IMG/VR virus record: IMGVR_UViG_3300033148_003376
Coordinates: 39,594 to 103,593 of that record
Source: a virus
DNA: 64,000 nucleotides
Strand: one strand, 5' to 3'
Shown: in pieces, positions 10,120-20,783 of the stretch
How positions within the stretch are numbered: the stretch's first letter is position 1
Layout of the letters: every line of letters starts with the position of its first letter
Position numbers and translations under genes: made by a program
The notes under the pieces: generated by a model
Databases searched by the model: none
What the model was told of the DNA's origin: nothing
The model's input: only the letters and a program-made list of their open reading frames with translations

Positions 10120-11655
10120 TTACGCTGCAGCGTTGATTTCGACCAATTGCGGTTGCAAGATGACCTTGTCAAGAGCCGATGCGATCCCGAGCAGGTAGAT
10201 AACCGAACTCGCGGTAGTGGGAGCGGTCTTCGTTGCTTCACCAGTAGTCTCGGACACGTAAACCCTTTTCCCGAGATCGAAGTTTGCCGTTTTCGAAGGA
10301 GTGACTTCACCAGCAATCTGAACCAGACCGGATGCCTCGTCGGCAATGTTGGCTTTCACAACTCCGACGATACCTTCGCAGGTAGCGATCCCCGATGCAT
10401 CACCCGCGATGATCTCGCCAGCTACCGTGATCGACAGTGCCACGACTGTATTTGCGTCCAGTTGACCACCCGTGTTGTTTGTGAAAGATACGGCTGCGGC
10501 TGCGTAGTTGTCTACATATGCTTTGACCGATTGCTGAGTCGGAACATGAGCATTGCTGTCGGAAGACATGTCGTCTTCGTCAATACCGGGAAGATGTTCG
10601 TTGGAAACAAATCCAGTCAGACCGTCATGGGTCAATGCATCGACGTATGCCTTGACTGATTGCTGAGTCGGTACTTTGACGGCACTGTCGTCGTCCATAC
10701 CGTCTTGATCTACAGCGGGAAGATGCTCATTGCCGACAAACCCGGTGAGACCGTCATGGGTCAGTGCATCAACGTATGCTTTGACCGATTGTTGAGACGG
10801 TGCTTTCGAGTCGTCATTGTCGTCCATGGCATCTTGGTCGAGGAGCGTGAAATGCTTTGTGCCATCGCCGAGATGGGTATCGATCTGACTGTGGGTGTTG
10901 TCTCCTTTATTTGCCAGGTCGACGTGGTCGGTGACCGATACTGGGCGAAGTTCCCATGCAGGAGTGTCATCAACGTACAGAGCGTCCTTGTTGTCTGCGT
11001 CACTGTATGCGACGTAACCTTCTACCGGTGTAACTGCTACCCAGGTGTCTGTTACGAATTCGACGATATCGCCAGCGCTGGCACCATCGTAATTCGCATG
11101 AGGTTCGCCACCATCTACGGACAGAATGTAACGATACCCATTGGTCTCATAACCAGCACCACCAGGTTCAGCCGTGTTGTCAGCGACGATGGCTCTGACT
11201 GCCGTTCTTCGACTGTAGCCGGTCGAAAGAGCGTTCAATTGAGTTTGGACCGCCGATGTTACACCATCCAAGTATCCCAGTTCGGTGTCGGTAACAGCCG
11301 TGGCAACCGGGATACCATTGGCGTCAGACGCCAGCGCACGGTTTGCCGTGATAGCAGCCGCTTCGACAGTCGCACCACCACTTGATTTCATGACGCGGTT
11401 GTTGTTGAGTGCCGTTGACGAGTTTGTACCACCGTTGGCAACCGGCAAAACACCGGTAACTTCCGACGTCAACCCGATATCGCCCGATGTGAATTTCTTG
11501 TCAGCATCGACCTTCAACGGCTTCGACGCAGTTACGCCAGCCGCGCCGATCTGGAAATTGTCAGCCTTGAGAAAATTCCCGGTTGCACTCAGGTCGACGG
11601 TTGACGGAATACCACTTGCTGGTATTACCCTTACTTTGGTAATCGTTTCTGCCAT
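10120..11655 (-). CDS. tail fibre-like protein
   Basis: 511 aa; VTGVLPVANGGT and TELGYLDGVTSAVQTQLN fibre motifs; three repeats ending PxQQSVKAYVD. Confidence 0.7.
   Translation of the reverse strand: MAETITKVRVIPASGIPSTVDLSATGNFLKADNFQIGAAGVTASKPLKVDADKKFTSGDIGLTSEVTGVLPVANGGTNSSTALNNNRVMKSSGGATVEAAAITANRALASDANGIPVATAVTDTELGYLDGVTSAVQTQLNALSTGYSRRTAVRAIVADNTAEPGGAGYETNGYRYILSVDGGEPHANYDGASAGDIVEFVTDTWVAVTPVEGYVAYSDADNKDALYVDDTPAWELRPVSVTDHVDLANKGDNTHSQIDTHLGDGTKHFTLLDQDAMDDNDDSKAPSQQSVKAYVDALTHDGLTGFVGNEHLPAVDQDGMDDDSAVKVPTQQSVKAYVDALTHDGLTGFVSNEHLPGIDEDDMSSDSNAHVPTQQSVKAYVDNYAAAAVSFTNNTGGQLDANTVVALSITVAGEIIAGDASGIATCEGIVGVVKANIADEASGLVQIAGEVTPSKTANFDLGKRVYVSETTGEATKTAPTTASSVIYLLGIASALDKVILQPQLVEINAAA
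10510..10860. repeat. three ~123-nt tandem repeats in the fibre gene
   Basis: Protein repeat H(F/L)...D(Q/E)D.M..D....P(S/T)QQSVKAYVD(ALTHDGLTGFV.NE), 41-aa period. Confidence 0.85.
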
Positions 11656-11717
11656 GACTTAATTCCCCTTGTTCAATGTTGTTATTTGGTGGTAACTAAC
11701 CTATATAAACAGATATT

Positions 11718-12062
11718 TCAGTCTGTGTTTTTGAAATGTCTGATGATGTGGTACGTCACAGATCCACCCAAGACCTTGTTGATGTCTTTCGAGACTTTTG
11801 TGAAATACTTGTCAGATCGCTTGAGGATCGCTTGAATCTTCTCCTCGTCTTCCTTGGTGTGTATCCAAAGTGTATTATTGACGACTGTAGCTTTCTTTCC
11901 GTTTTTGGCACGTTCGACTAAAATCTTTTCTAGATCATCCTTGTTCGAAATTCCGTCGATCTTGCCCTTAGTCGGAACAGACTTTGCCACACGCATTTTC
12001 GATTGTGGTTTTTTGACAACTCGTTTTTTCGGTGTTTGTTTTTTGGATACACGTTTTGCCAT
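11718..12062 (-). CDS. basic hypothetical protein
   Basis: Lys-rich N-terminus MAKRVSKKQTPKKRVVKK. Confidence 0.65.
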   Translation of the reverse strand: MAKRVSKKQTPKKRVVKKPQSKMRVAKSVPTKGKIDGISNKDDLEKILVERAKNGKKATVVNNTLWIHTKEDEEKIQAILKRSDKYFTKVSKDINKVLGGSVTYHIIRHFKNTD

Positions 12063-12063
12063 G

Positions 12064-14652
12064 TTATGCAATTCCCCATGGTGAAATGTTCATGTTGAGA
12101 CCGCCATTTTCCCAGAACCCAGCGAACATTTGCCAGAATCCTGAACCACCACTTGGTGGTGAAATTGTCAATTTTCCAAGTTCAGCTCCGAGGTAAACCC
12201 ACGTGTTATCCGAAGGAACAGACCCTTCGATGAAATCGTCATCTTCAATGACACCCGCTGGAACAAATCCATTTGTCTGAAATGGAGTAAGCACTCCATG
12301 TTCTTTTGTTTCTCTGATAATACCTATGACACTGGCCTTGATTTGGGTTGTCCAGTCAGCATATGAAATTGCGGTACCAGAGATCTTTCTGATGAGACGT
12401 CCCTTTTTCATCTCACCACCGGAACCGTTCAATAGACGTCGATACGGTGAAATCCTGATAGCAGAATCTGGAGCATCTGCAGTCGTGTAATTCATCTCTC
12501 CATCATCAGATATCCAGATACCGTCTTTACCTGCAGTGATAGGATTCGACGATTGACGCGACATGATGACACCAGTCGGATCGAGAAGACCCGCGATCTC
12601 AAAGTCTCCATTGATCTTCATCAACTTCTCACCACCAGGACCATTGATCTCGATCGGTTCGCCAGATGCTATCGTAATGACTCTACCACCATCATACGCA
12701 CTCTGAAGAGATCCTATAGAGCCACCAGGACCAACACCGGCTACCTGTTTGATCGAAGGAGCGATGACGAACTTGAGAATGGCACCAACCGGAACTATTT
12801 TCCGTGTCCGAATCTTGTTGACGTAGTCGTTCTCAGCACCGTCTTCTTCGAAATCCTGGTCAACAACGTTACCGTCTCCAGATATATCGAGATCAACACC
12901 AGGAGTAAGTCCAGTCGCAATCAGGAAGCCTTTGGAACCAGGTGTATTGCTCACACCACCGATGATATAGTGCTTCTCGTCTGATGCATCCTTATAGGTA
13001 TACGTAGCTCTGACTTCTGATAAATTAGCTCCGTCGAGAAATGAAAGAAGACCGGTACCGGTGCTATATCCAGAAGGTGTGAACGCTCCTGCAATTGGGA
13101 TCTCTGCTCGTTCAGCTTCGACACCGTTTTTCAAAACTTGGAGTTCAGCTCGACCATTTCGATAATTCTTGAGAGCGTCTGAATTTCGACTATCAAGAGG
13201 GATCGTGATCAAATCACCTGGGTTGTACGGACTTGTTACTCTCTTTGGTTCTTCGTAGACCCACGTCCGCGTTATTTCCCTTCCATCAAACAGATAGACA
13301 GACTGTGCGGCGACAACACCGACGATATAGATTCTACCGTCAAGATGTCCAGCGGTATCAGGTTTGAGTGGAGCGGTATTTATTTTACCTTTCACGAGAG
13401 CCGAATTGGTTCTCATGACCCAGGCACCTTTGATCGTACTGAAAGCCGATAGATCAATAACAGAACCAAGACCGTCATCGACCGTAATCCTACCTTCGTA
13501 CCCCTCGGATAAAACTGACGGTGTAACGTTGACAAGAACGGCAGTTTTCTTGAGCGTGTTTTCCGAGATCGTCAAGAGAGAAACGTTTGTCTTTTGGTTC
13601 ACACCTTTGAATTCAATCGTGAACCCGCTCGTGAAATTACCAGATACATCAACAAGATCAATCGTTGTGAGATCTTCGAGTCGAGATTTCAGAGCATTGG
13701 CTGTAATGTTGTACGTGAGAAGACCGGTCTCAGCTCCGAGAAAAGATACTTTCCAAGTACCCTCGTCTGGAACAGCGTCAAATGAGATCTTCTGTGTTTC
13801 ATTTCCACCGGCAGAAGGAGCACCATACACCCTACCAGCTATTTTCACGGAATCCTGATCGCCGATGATCAAATAATCATCGTTCGAGAAATCTGTGACA
13901 TCGTCGAGCTTGACGATCCCTGTTCCATCACCATCGGCTATGAATCTATGCGAAGTATAAATATAGGAATAGAGGATGTCATCTTCGACGAGAGATCCGA
14001 TAGAACCGGCTGGAAGTGTCGTTTTTCCGTAGAACGGAAGTAGGATCTCAAAGTCATTCGACCAGTCAAGTGTCGAATTGAGGTAATCAACAACCCCACC
14101 ACCTTTGAGTCGTATTCCTAGTCTTTGCTTCAAGTAGTCATCGAAGTCGACAAGATCATCGAGTCGTCTTCTGAACTCAGGATGTGCAACCGGATCCAAA
14201 TTGTGTGCTGAGATCTCACCAGCCTGTGTGTATTTCCAATCGAACAGTTCTTCGAGGACTACGTTAGTAATGGCTATTTGGTATCTGAGTGATACAGATC
14301 CGTCTGGATTGTATTGAACCGAGTCGACATCCGGATGGTAAATCGCGAGCAGAAACTCTACATTCAAAGAGTCTCGTGCGTAAATACAGACTTCTTCAAT
14401 CTTCTTGACATCGACTGATTGTCCAGAGGGAATACGACAGATCATCTCTTGGGTGTGTTCGTCGATAGATGATTTGCCTGAGATCGGAGCCTTGAACCAC
14501 TGGTCCACGTTTGGTGCCGTTCGGGTCGGATCAAACGCACCTTTCGTGGTCGATACCCCGAAATCGGTTGGGAAGATCTTCCAACCTTCATTGGATTGAG
14601 CATCTTGGCACTTTAACAATCCTAGATTGGTCAATGTACCTATTGTGGCCAT
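12064..14652 (-). CDS. tail fibre / baseplate-attached fibre protein
   Basis: 862 aa; N-terminus TLTNLGLLK..A resembles tail-collar fibre attachment domains; HNLDPVAHP motif; follows the wedge genes. Confidence 0.65.
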   Translation of the reverse strand: MATIGTLTNLGLLKCQDAQSNEGWKIFPTDFGVSTTKGAFDPTRTAPNVDQWFKAPISGKSSIDEHTQEMICRIPSGQSVDVKKIEEVCIYARDSLNVEFLLAIYHPDVDSVQYNPDGSVSLRYQIAITNVVLEELFDWKYTQAGEISAHNLDPVAHPEFRRRLDDLVDFDDYLKQRLGIRLKGGGVVDYLNSTLDWSNDFEILLPFYGKTTLPAGSIGSLVEDDILYSYIYTSHRFIADGDGTGIVKLDDVTDFSNDDYLIIGDQDSVKIAGRVYGAPSAGGNETQKISFDAVPDEGTWKVSFLGAETGLLTYNITANALKSRLEDLTTIDLVDVSGNFTSGFTIEFKGVNQKTNVSLLTISENTLKKTAVLVNVTPSVLSEGYEGRITVDDGLGSVIDLSAFSTIKGAWVMRTNSALVKGKINTAPLKPDTAGHLDGRIYIVGVVAAQSVYLFDGREITRTWVYEEPKRVTSPYNPGDLITIPLDSRNSDALKNYRNGRAELQVLKNGVEAERAEIPIAGAFTPSGYSTGTGLLSFLDGANLSEVRATYTYKDASDEKHYIIGGVSNTPGSKGFLIATGLTPGVDLDISGDGNVVDQDFEEDGAENDYVNKIRTRKIVPVGAILKFVIAPSIKQVAGVGPGGSIGSLQSAYDGGRVITIASGEPIEINGPGGEKLMKINGDFEIAGLLDPTGVIMSRQSSNPITAGKDGIWISDDGEMNYTTADAPDSAIRISPYRRLLNGSGGEMKKGRLIRKISGTAISYADWTTQIKASVIGIIRETKEHGVLTPFQTNGFVPAGVIEDDDFIEGSVPSDNTWVYLGAELGKLTISPPSGGSGFWQMFAGFWENGGLNMNISPWGIA

Positions 14653-14664
14653 CGTCTCACCATC

Positions 14665-15465
14665 CTACAACGTACCAACCGCGATGCCACCGCTAAACGA
14701 ATAATCGGTGAATCCGGCTGCAATGATGTTCGTTTCAAAACTCGCCTCATATTGTAAATCGAGAGCATCGAGTCTCGGGAAGATATAGTGTTTGATAAAA
14801 ATCTGGAGTTTAGTCAGAGTCTCGATCGGATTGGGAACAAGAGATTCATTCATATTAATTTCCATATCGAATGTCTGAAGCTCTGCCTCGTTCCCTCCGG
14901 ACAGTCTCACCGACGCGATCGACGATACAAGACTGTCATCCCCAGCGTCGTGAACCACTCTTAGATATGGATTTGCTGTATTCCAATCATCCACAATCTG
15001 TGCGATGGTCTTGATCCCGTCGAAATCAAGTACGATCGAATCTCCGATTCCCCCAACATCGACAGCTTCGTATGTCACACCCTCGTGGGTCGCACGAGAT
15101 TTTTGGTCAATCGACTCCCACCATTCGGTGATATTGAACTCGAACCCGAGGATTTTCAAAACCAGCTCAAGACCGTCTCGATGACTTTTGAGAAAATGCA
15201 CAAGGTTCAAGATCGAGTGCATGATGTCATATTCAACGTTCGTCAGAGTATCGATTACATTTTTGATGTATCCATAACCCGACTCGATGATGACTTCATC
15301 AATAACACGAGTTCTAACGAACTCAGGACCATGGTATTTGTATTTTACATCCTTGAGTTCTTCCTCTGACTTGTCGATCACATAGTCGAGCATCTCAGCC
15401 AGCTTTATGTAAAGCGACCGTTCTCTCAGCTTTTCAGGAATGAGTTCAAGGGAGTTGAAACCCAC
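14665..15465 (-). CDS. baseplate wedge subunit (T4 gp7 / P2 gpI position)
   Basis: Follows gp6-like gene; LKS.RDGLELVLKILG...ITEWWE motif. Confidence 0.55.
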   Translation of the reverse strand: MGFNSLELIPEKLRERSLYIKLAEMLDYVIDKSEEELKDVKYKYHGPEFVRTRVIDEVIIESGYGYIKNVIDTLTNVEYDIMHSILNLVHFLKSHRDGLELVLKILGFEFNITEWWESIDQKSRATHEGVTYEAVDVGGIGDSIVLDFDGIKTIAQIVDDWNTANPYLRVVHDAGDDSLVSSIASVRLSGGNEAELQTFDMEINMNESLVPNPIETLTKLQIFIKHYIFPRLDALDLQYEASFETNIIAAGFTDYSFSGGIAVGTL

Positions 15466-18400
15466 TATGTCTCCACGGAAATATTCTGTTCAATATTATA
15501 GTATTCGTTGAATCCCAGTCTATCAGGAGATTTCTCCGGGTCTTTCGCGGCCCATTCTACATTTCCGTCTCTCACGGTGTCGTTCTCGACAGACGGCCAT
15601 GTTGGTTCACTGTCTGATATGTTCCCGAGAAAATTCATACACTGAAACATGAGAGTCTCTGTCCCAGACTCTACCGGATCTGTAGCAAGAACGTATTCAG
15701 ACAGTCTATACCGTGTCCCAGGTTGCCACGCGGCCGGATCACCACTCTTTTCGACAGCAATCCAAACGATATCTTTGTCGTAGACAGTCTCGTCTTCGGT
15801 CGTTGGCCATATAGGTTCTGGATCTATGGCGTCTTGGGTTGTCGAGGGTGTAATCGTAACATCGCCCACGCCGATGTCTTTGAGATTGGATGCCAGTGGT
15901 TCACCTTTGGTTTCTTCAGTAATCGTAAGAGTAATAGGAGCAGAACTTGCAGCAAGTGTACTGGCAGATACAGTCATCTCAGGTACGTTCGCGAGAGCAA
16001 GAGCACTTTGGAATGCAAACGTAAACCCAGCCGAATAGTCTCCACTTACCACTATATCACCAGCACCGACACCAGTGAGAGCTTCAAGAGCTGATTGTAC
16101 CGCTGCAGCATTGTCGTTGAATGCGATATCAGCAGTTTCTTCACTGTCGAATGTGAGTCTCCAAACACCGCTGTCTGGAACATAATCGAATTCGACTTTT
16201 TGCTCTTCATCCTGTCCTGCGTCAACCGGACGTCCGTCCGTGTCTGTCGTGATGACAATCGCAACCTGTTGACCATCAGGAAGCCATTGACCCGGGTTGA
16301 GAGGATCTGGGATCTTTTGATCGTAGAGACTATTGTAAGCAACGGTCATCTGAGGTACATCGATAAGCGCAAGCGCTCCTTGAAATGTGACCTCGAAACC
16401 CGACGCCTGACCAATCGTGCCTGTTACGACAACGTTTCCTGCGCCTATGTTCGGGAGAGCTTCGAGTGCAGCTTGTACCTGTGCAAACGTCGCATCATAT
16501 CCAAGAAGGACTGTTGTCTTCGTGTCGTATGTGACACTCCATTGACCAATGACAGGATCGAGGGAAAACCCGATATCCTGAACTTCATTTGCACCAGCGT
16601 CCGCTGCACGTCCTTCGGTCGTTGTACTCGGTGTTGCTGTTACGGGAGTCGCAGAAACGAGAGTATTGGCCGAGTCAATTAGGAGTACAACATCCAGTTT
16701 AATGTTCACGCCTTTGAACGTGATCGTGAAATCTGGCCACGCGCCAGTGACTTCGATCTCATCGATATTCGAAAGAGCTTCGAGAGCAATCTTGAGATCG
16801 TCTGCAAGGATGTTGAACGCGAGTGTCCCGGTTTCCTGTCCATCGAAAGTCAGCTTCCAGTTACCTGCGTCAGGAGTAAGATCTGCAGATATGGATTGGA
16901 TCTCGTTGATACCTTCATCTGTGAATTCCATTTCCGGTTGGGTCTTGTTCGCATCGTCTCCTTCAAACTCGACGAGAAACCCAATCTCAGGACCAGGTAA
17001 AACACTCACAACAACATCCGAAAGAGTATTGAGAGATCTCAATGCACTTTGGACGTCTGCGTCTGTAGCATCCCATGCAAGGTTCGAAGTCTTCTCATCA
17101 CCGAAATGAATTCTCCACGTACCACTCGCGGGTAAAACGTCAAAAACAATCTTCTGGATCTCAAGAGATGTGTTGGAATAGAGTTTTTGATCGATCATCC
17201 GGTACATGAATCGATTGTCCACCGATGGCATGGCGAGATCATTGAGAGCATAGTCAGTATCAGCAACCCATGCACCCGGGAACGGTAAAGCCTTCTTTTC
17301 ACAACGCCATACCACGTTGTTGTCTTCGATAATCTCACCGACTTGGAGTGGCCATGTAGGTTCAACGAGACCTGATTTTCTGAACACTCTTGTAAGTCTG
17401 AACACGAAATCAGACGATATCGTCTTGGGTACGACATAGGATCCTTGTTCCTTCCAGATCTCTTCTTCCCATCTGTCTCCATGGATCTGGATTCGAGTTG
17501 TCTTGATATACGCAAGAGCCTCTATTGCTGTTTCTAAATCTGTGAGATCGATCGTCTTTTCAAGGGTAAGCTCAAACGGATCGAGATCGATTGTCTTTTC
17601 GATATCAACGCTATCCGTGCCTTCAGAAATAATAGACTCGATGTCGTTTTCAGGATTACCACCAGCCTGGAGAAGCTTGATCGCGATGTCGAGTGTAACT
17701 GGGTTTCTAATGGGATGTGTTATCGTCGGAGGAGCAAGACCCATCGTCCGTCTTGAGAGCAGATCATTCAATATCGAATCTATTTCGTTTCCGAGAGTCG
17801 CAACCCTGACGGTAAAACCAGTGTTGATATCCTCAGACGTACCAGCACCGACTCCGAATTCCGTGTCGTAAACAGTAACGATCTTGCCACTGATGTAGAC
17901 ATCAAAATCTCCAACTGTGTCGAGCTTCGTCTTGACCGCTGCAGCAACCGTTTCCGCGACGTCATCTTTCGAGATCGTAACTTCGAGACCAATCTTTCCA
18001 GAAATGTTGGGGTCCGATCCTGTTCCATCTACATTGATCCAAAGGTAATAGTTGTTGAGTGTTGAATAAAGGTATAGGTATTTGTTTTGTAAACTCTCGT
18101 TGTCGTCGTGCTTTGACGTAATCTCGATTACTTGGAGAGTCTCACCGAACAGAGCCATATCCTCTCTAGAATACGTCAATTCGATGACTGCAGGAGAGAT
18201 GTCTCTCCAGTTTGTGTCGGCGATAATAGTCCGAAGGAATTTGAAGACCTTGGCGTAGTCTTCACGCGCTTCGACCAATTTTTGAGTCTCATGGAAAAGA
18301 GGAGCATTGACCTTGATCTCTTTGATAGTCTCGGGACGAGTATATGCATTGTCCACTTCATATGTGTTCAGTGTGCCATAGATGAAGTTGATGTCAGACT

Positions 18401-19118
18401 GGGAATACTCGATGTCTTTGAGTTCGAGGTATTCGATCTTGAGAACATCTCCGACTGCATATCGGACCTTGGCATCGGAGTCATTCATATAGATGACATC
18501 GACCGCTCCATTTACATTCGAAACAACTGCGAATTTATCCTCATTCAAATCTCTGATACGATCGGATATCTCGACTTCGACATCGTTCAAAAGAACTCTG
18601 ACGTCATTCGAGACCTTGTCTTGAGTGTAACGAAAGATGTCCGGATCTTCTGTATCGACTGTTTTCTCTTCGCTTCTCAGATCCCCCGCAGCCGCGAGAA
18701 TTGTTGTCTGAACACCCGCGTTGACAGTCGTGTCTTCGAGAGCAATAAGATCTTTGTCTTTGAGAACACCGATGATCGAGTATCGTGTGATGGTACCCGT
18801 GATGTTTGGTGTAATAGTGAGTCTGAGATGAACATTGCTACCTCGGAAGACAGAATAACCGAGAAATTGTCCACCCGCAGTCACCGAGCTTCGCGCACGT
18901 GCGTAGGTCCAAAATGCTTCACGACGACTGATAATATTGTTGTAAGACAACAATGCTGAAAGACCGGCGACAATTTCGATTTTGGTCTGTCCGGTAGACG
19001 ACGCAAAGAAATCGGCCCATCTCGCAAAATCAGGTTTGGACTGAACGAACCCGGTCACATCAGATTTAGCACCCGACTGTGATACGGTCGTTGGATCTAT
19101 TATGAATGTTTCAGTCAT
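15465..19118 (-). CDS. baseplate wedge protein (T4 gp6 / baseplate J-like) with inserted repeat domains
   Basis: 1217 aa; WADFFASSTG..EIVA, REAFWTYARARSSV....LGY, ETIKEIKVNAP......V.AREDY are gp6-type motifs; follows gp25-like gene. Confidence 0.85.
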   Translation of the reverse strand: MTETFIIDPTTVSQSGAKSDVTGFVQSKPDFARWADFFASSTGQTKIEIVAGLSALLSYNNIISRREAFWTYARARSSVTAGGQFLGYSVFRGSNVHLRLTITPNITGTITRYSIIGVLKDKDLIALEDTTVNAGVQTTILAAAGDLRSEEKTVDTEDPDIFRYTQDKVSNDVRVLLNDVEVEISDRIRDLNEDKFAVVSNVNGAVDVIYMNDSDAKVRYAVGDVLKIEYLELKDIEYSQSDINFIYGTLNTYEVDNAYTRPETIKEIKVNAPLFHETQKLVEAREDYAKVFKFLRTIIADTNWRDISPAVIELTYSREDMALFGETLQVIEITSKHDDNESLQNKYLYLYSTLNNYYLWINVDGTGSDPNISGKIGLEVTISKDDVAETVAAAVKTKLDTVGDFDVYISGKIVTVYDTEFGVGAGTSEDINTGFTVRVATLGNEIDSILNDLLSRRTMGLAPPTITHPIRNPVTLDIAIKLLQAGGNPENDIESIISEGTDSVDIEKTIDLDPFELTLEKTIDLTDLETAIEALAYIKTTRIQIHGDRWEEEIWKEQGSYVVPKTISSDFVFRLTRVFRKSGLVEPTWPLQVGEIIEDNNVVWRCEKKALPFPGAWVADTDYALNDLAMPSVDNRFMYRMIDQKLYSNTSLEIQKIVFDVLPASGTWRIHFGDEKTSNLAWDATDADVQSALRSLNTLSDVVVSVLPGPEIGFLVEFEGDDANKTQPEMEFTDEGINEIQSISADLTPDAGNWKLTFDGQETGTLAFNILADDLKIALEALSNIDEIEVTGAWPDFTITFKGVNIKLDVVLLIDSANTLVSATPVTATPSTTTEGRAADAGANEVQDIGFSLDPVIGQWSVTYDTKTTVLLGYDATFAQVQAALEALPNIGAGNVVVTGTIGQASGFEVTFQGALALIDVPQMTVAYNSLYDQKIPDPLNPGQWLPDGQQVAIVITTDTDGRPVDAGQDEEQKVEFDYVPDSGVWRLTFDSEETADIAFNDNAAAVQSALEALTGVGAGDIVVSGDYSAGFTFAFQSALALANVPEMTVSASTLAASSAPITLTITEETKGEPLASNLKDIGVGDVTITPSTTQDAIDPEPIWPTTEDETVYDKDIVWIAVEKSGDPAAWQPGTRYRLSEYVLATDPVESGTETLMFQCMNFLGNISDSEPTWPSVENDTVRDGNVEWAAKDPEKSPDRLGFNEYYNIEQNISVET

Positions 19119-19124
19119 AAGATA

Positions 19125-19493
19125 TCACTTTGTTATTGACGTCCTGTATTCAAACTTCTGATCTTCAACACCCTGTATTTCGAAGACAAGATAGAGATCA
19201 AATTCATGATCGTCCAGGTTTGGTGTTATGACCGTGAGTCTGTCATCGATTATGACTCGTCTTTCCCATCTCTCTACCATCGCAGTTACCGCTCTGAAAA
19301 CAGACAGCGCGGAATCCTCACTCATCATTTCAAAGATTTCGTCTTCGAGGAAATTTCCGAAATTGACATTGAAAAGACGCTCACCTACAAGTGTCTCGAA
19401 AATATTATCAAGAGACTGATACACAGCCTCTACCTTTGTAAGTAGAGCCTTGTCTTCTGGTGTGTACGAGTTGACATCACTGTAGATAGTCAT
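19125..19493 (-). CDS. baseplate wedge / sheath initiator (T4 gp25-like)
   Basis: AVYQSLDNIFETLVGERLFNVNFG...ERWERRV motif. Confidence 0.9.
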   Translation of the reverse strand: MTIYSDVNSYTPEDKALLTKVEAVYQSLDNIFETLVGERLFNVNFGNFLEDEIFEMMSEDSALSVFRAVTAMVERWERRVIIDDRLTVITPNLDDHEFDLYLVFEIQGVEDQKFEYRTSITK

Positions 19494-20707
19494 ACAAAAA
19501 ATGCCTTAAATGCTCGTAACGCGTTCATCGCATACTCTTCTACTTCGACTCGTGCAGTTAACGTCGCTCGCCATCTGTCTTCGGCGTCTTGTCTGGCTTG
19601 TTCGTTGTCGTAGCTTTCTCCCGCCAAAATCTCCTCTATGGCGTCTTCGATACCCGCTGTACCAAGTGTACCAGCCACGAAGAGGATCATCGCAGTGTAC
19701 TTATTATCAACGAGATCCGACATTGCATCATCTCTAAGAGACTCCTTGATATACTCAGTACCACCTGTAGATTCGGGGATATCCAGAACATAAATACCAG
19801 TCGCGTTGAGTGCAGCTTTGAACTGGTCCACGAGTTCTTGGAAATCTTTGACTATATCGTTGAGTGCTTCGACTTTCTTTTCGATGATTTCGATAAGTGC
19901 AATGACCGGATCTTCAGCTTGTAAAAATCCTTTCAACATGGCGAGCACTTTTAATAACAGCTTTCTGGTGTCGTCGATAAGTGGAATCGATTTGAGTGTG
20001 AATCCTATCCAATCTGGATTGGTTGATATGGGTCGAAGAGACCCACCGGTCTCCAGGTTTGCCATCCTCAATAATCTATTGAGAAGGTCTAAAAACTCTT
20101 GGTATCCAAAAACACTCGTAAGACCTTCAAGAATAGTCGCAAATGGTCCAACGCCCGGAGCCGTTACCATGATACCGAATCCAGTCACATTCGACGAACT
20201 CGTAAACACTGGTCTATTGAGATCTCCACTATCTCCGAAAGAATCGATCGCCTTGTTGATCGTCTCACCTGGTGTCAGAGTCGGAATTCCGAACTCGTCA
20301 TATTGTATTGGAGCACCTGTAAACGCTGCAGCACTCAGGTTGTAAATGTCGTCCATGTTTTCAGCGTCGAAAAGAGAGATGTCTCCGGTACTGGCAACGT
20401 TGGGTTGTAGGTTGAACGGTTGAACTACGATAGCGTGAACACCCGTACTGAAAAGATCGATAATAAGCTTTTCAAGCTCATCAATCAACGCACCAAGAAG
20501 CGCTTTAAACGGGTCAGTCGCTCCCTTGTACAAAGCTTTGGCTATCCCTAGAGCTGTCGAGACGATGTCGAGAGCCGTCGAAACTTTGCCAGCAAATGTA
20601 CTAACTCCGGTCAGAAATTGATTGATCTCGTCCGGTACCTTGGGTATGAGATCTGTCTTCGTCCAGGACAAACTTGATAGTCCTCGCTTTGTGTTCGAGC
20701 ATGACAA
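19490..20707 (-). CDS. hypothetical baseplate-region protein
   Basis: ~400 aa helical protein; alternative TTG start at 20671 with upstream GAGGA. Confidence 0.7.
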   Translation of the reverse strand: MSCSNTKRGLSSLSWTKTDLIPKVPDEINQFLTGVSTFAGKVSTALDIVSTALGIAKALYKGATDPFKALLGALIDELEKLIIDLFSTGVHAIVVQPFNLQPNVASTGDISLFDAENMDDIYNLSAAAFTGAPIQYDEFGIPTLTPGETINKAIDSFGDSGDLNRPVFTSSSNVTGFGIMVTAPGVGPFATILEGLTSVFGYQEFLDLLNRLLRMANLETGGSLRPISTNPDWIGFTLKSIPLIDDTRKLLLKVLAMLKGFLQAEDPVIALIEIIEKKVEALNDIVKDFQELVDQFKAALNATGIYVLDIPESTGGTEYIKESLRDDAMSDLVDNKYTAMILFVAGTLGTAGIEDAIEEILAGESYDNEQARQDAEDRWRATLTARVEVEEYAMNALRAFKAFFV

Positions 20708-20783
20708 CCTCTCGTTCCAAAACGCGTGTGAGATTGTTCATGATATTGTCCAAATTCTTGAACGTGGGTTTTTGCCATGGCAT
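20601..20783 (-). CDS. small hypothetical protein
   Basis: TAATG coupling to the upstream stop; helical 60 aa. Confidence 0.45.
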   Translation of the reverse strand: MPWQKPTFKNLDNIMNNLTRVLEREVVMLEHKARTIKFVLDEDRSHTQGTGRDQSISDRS

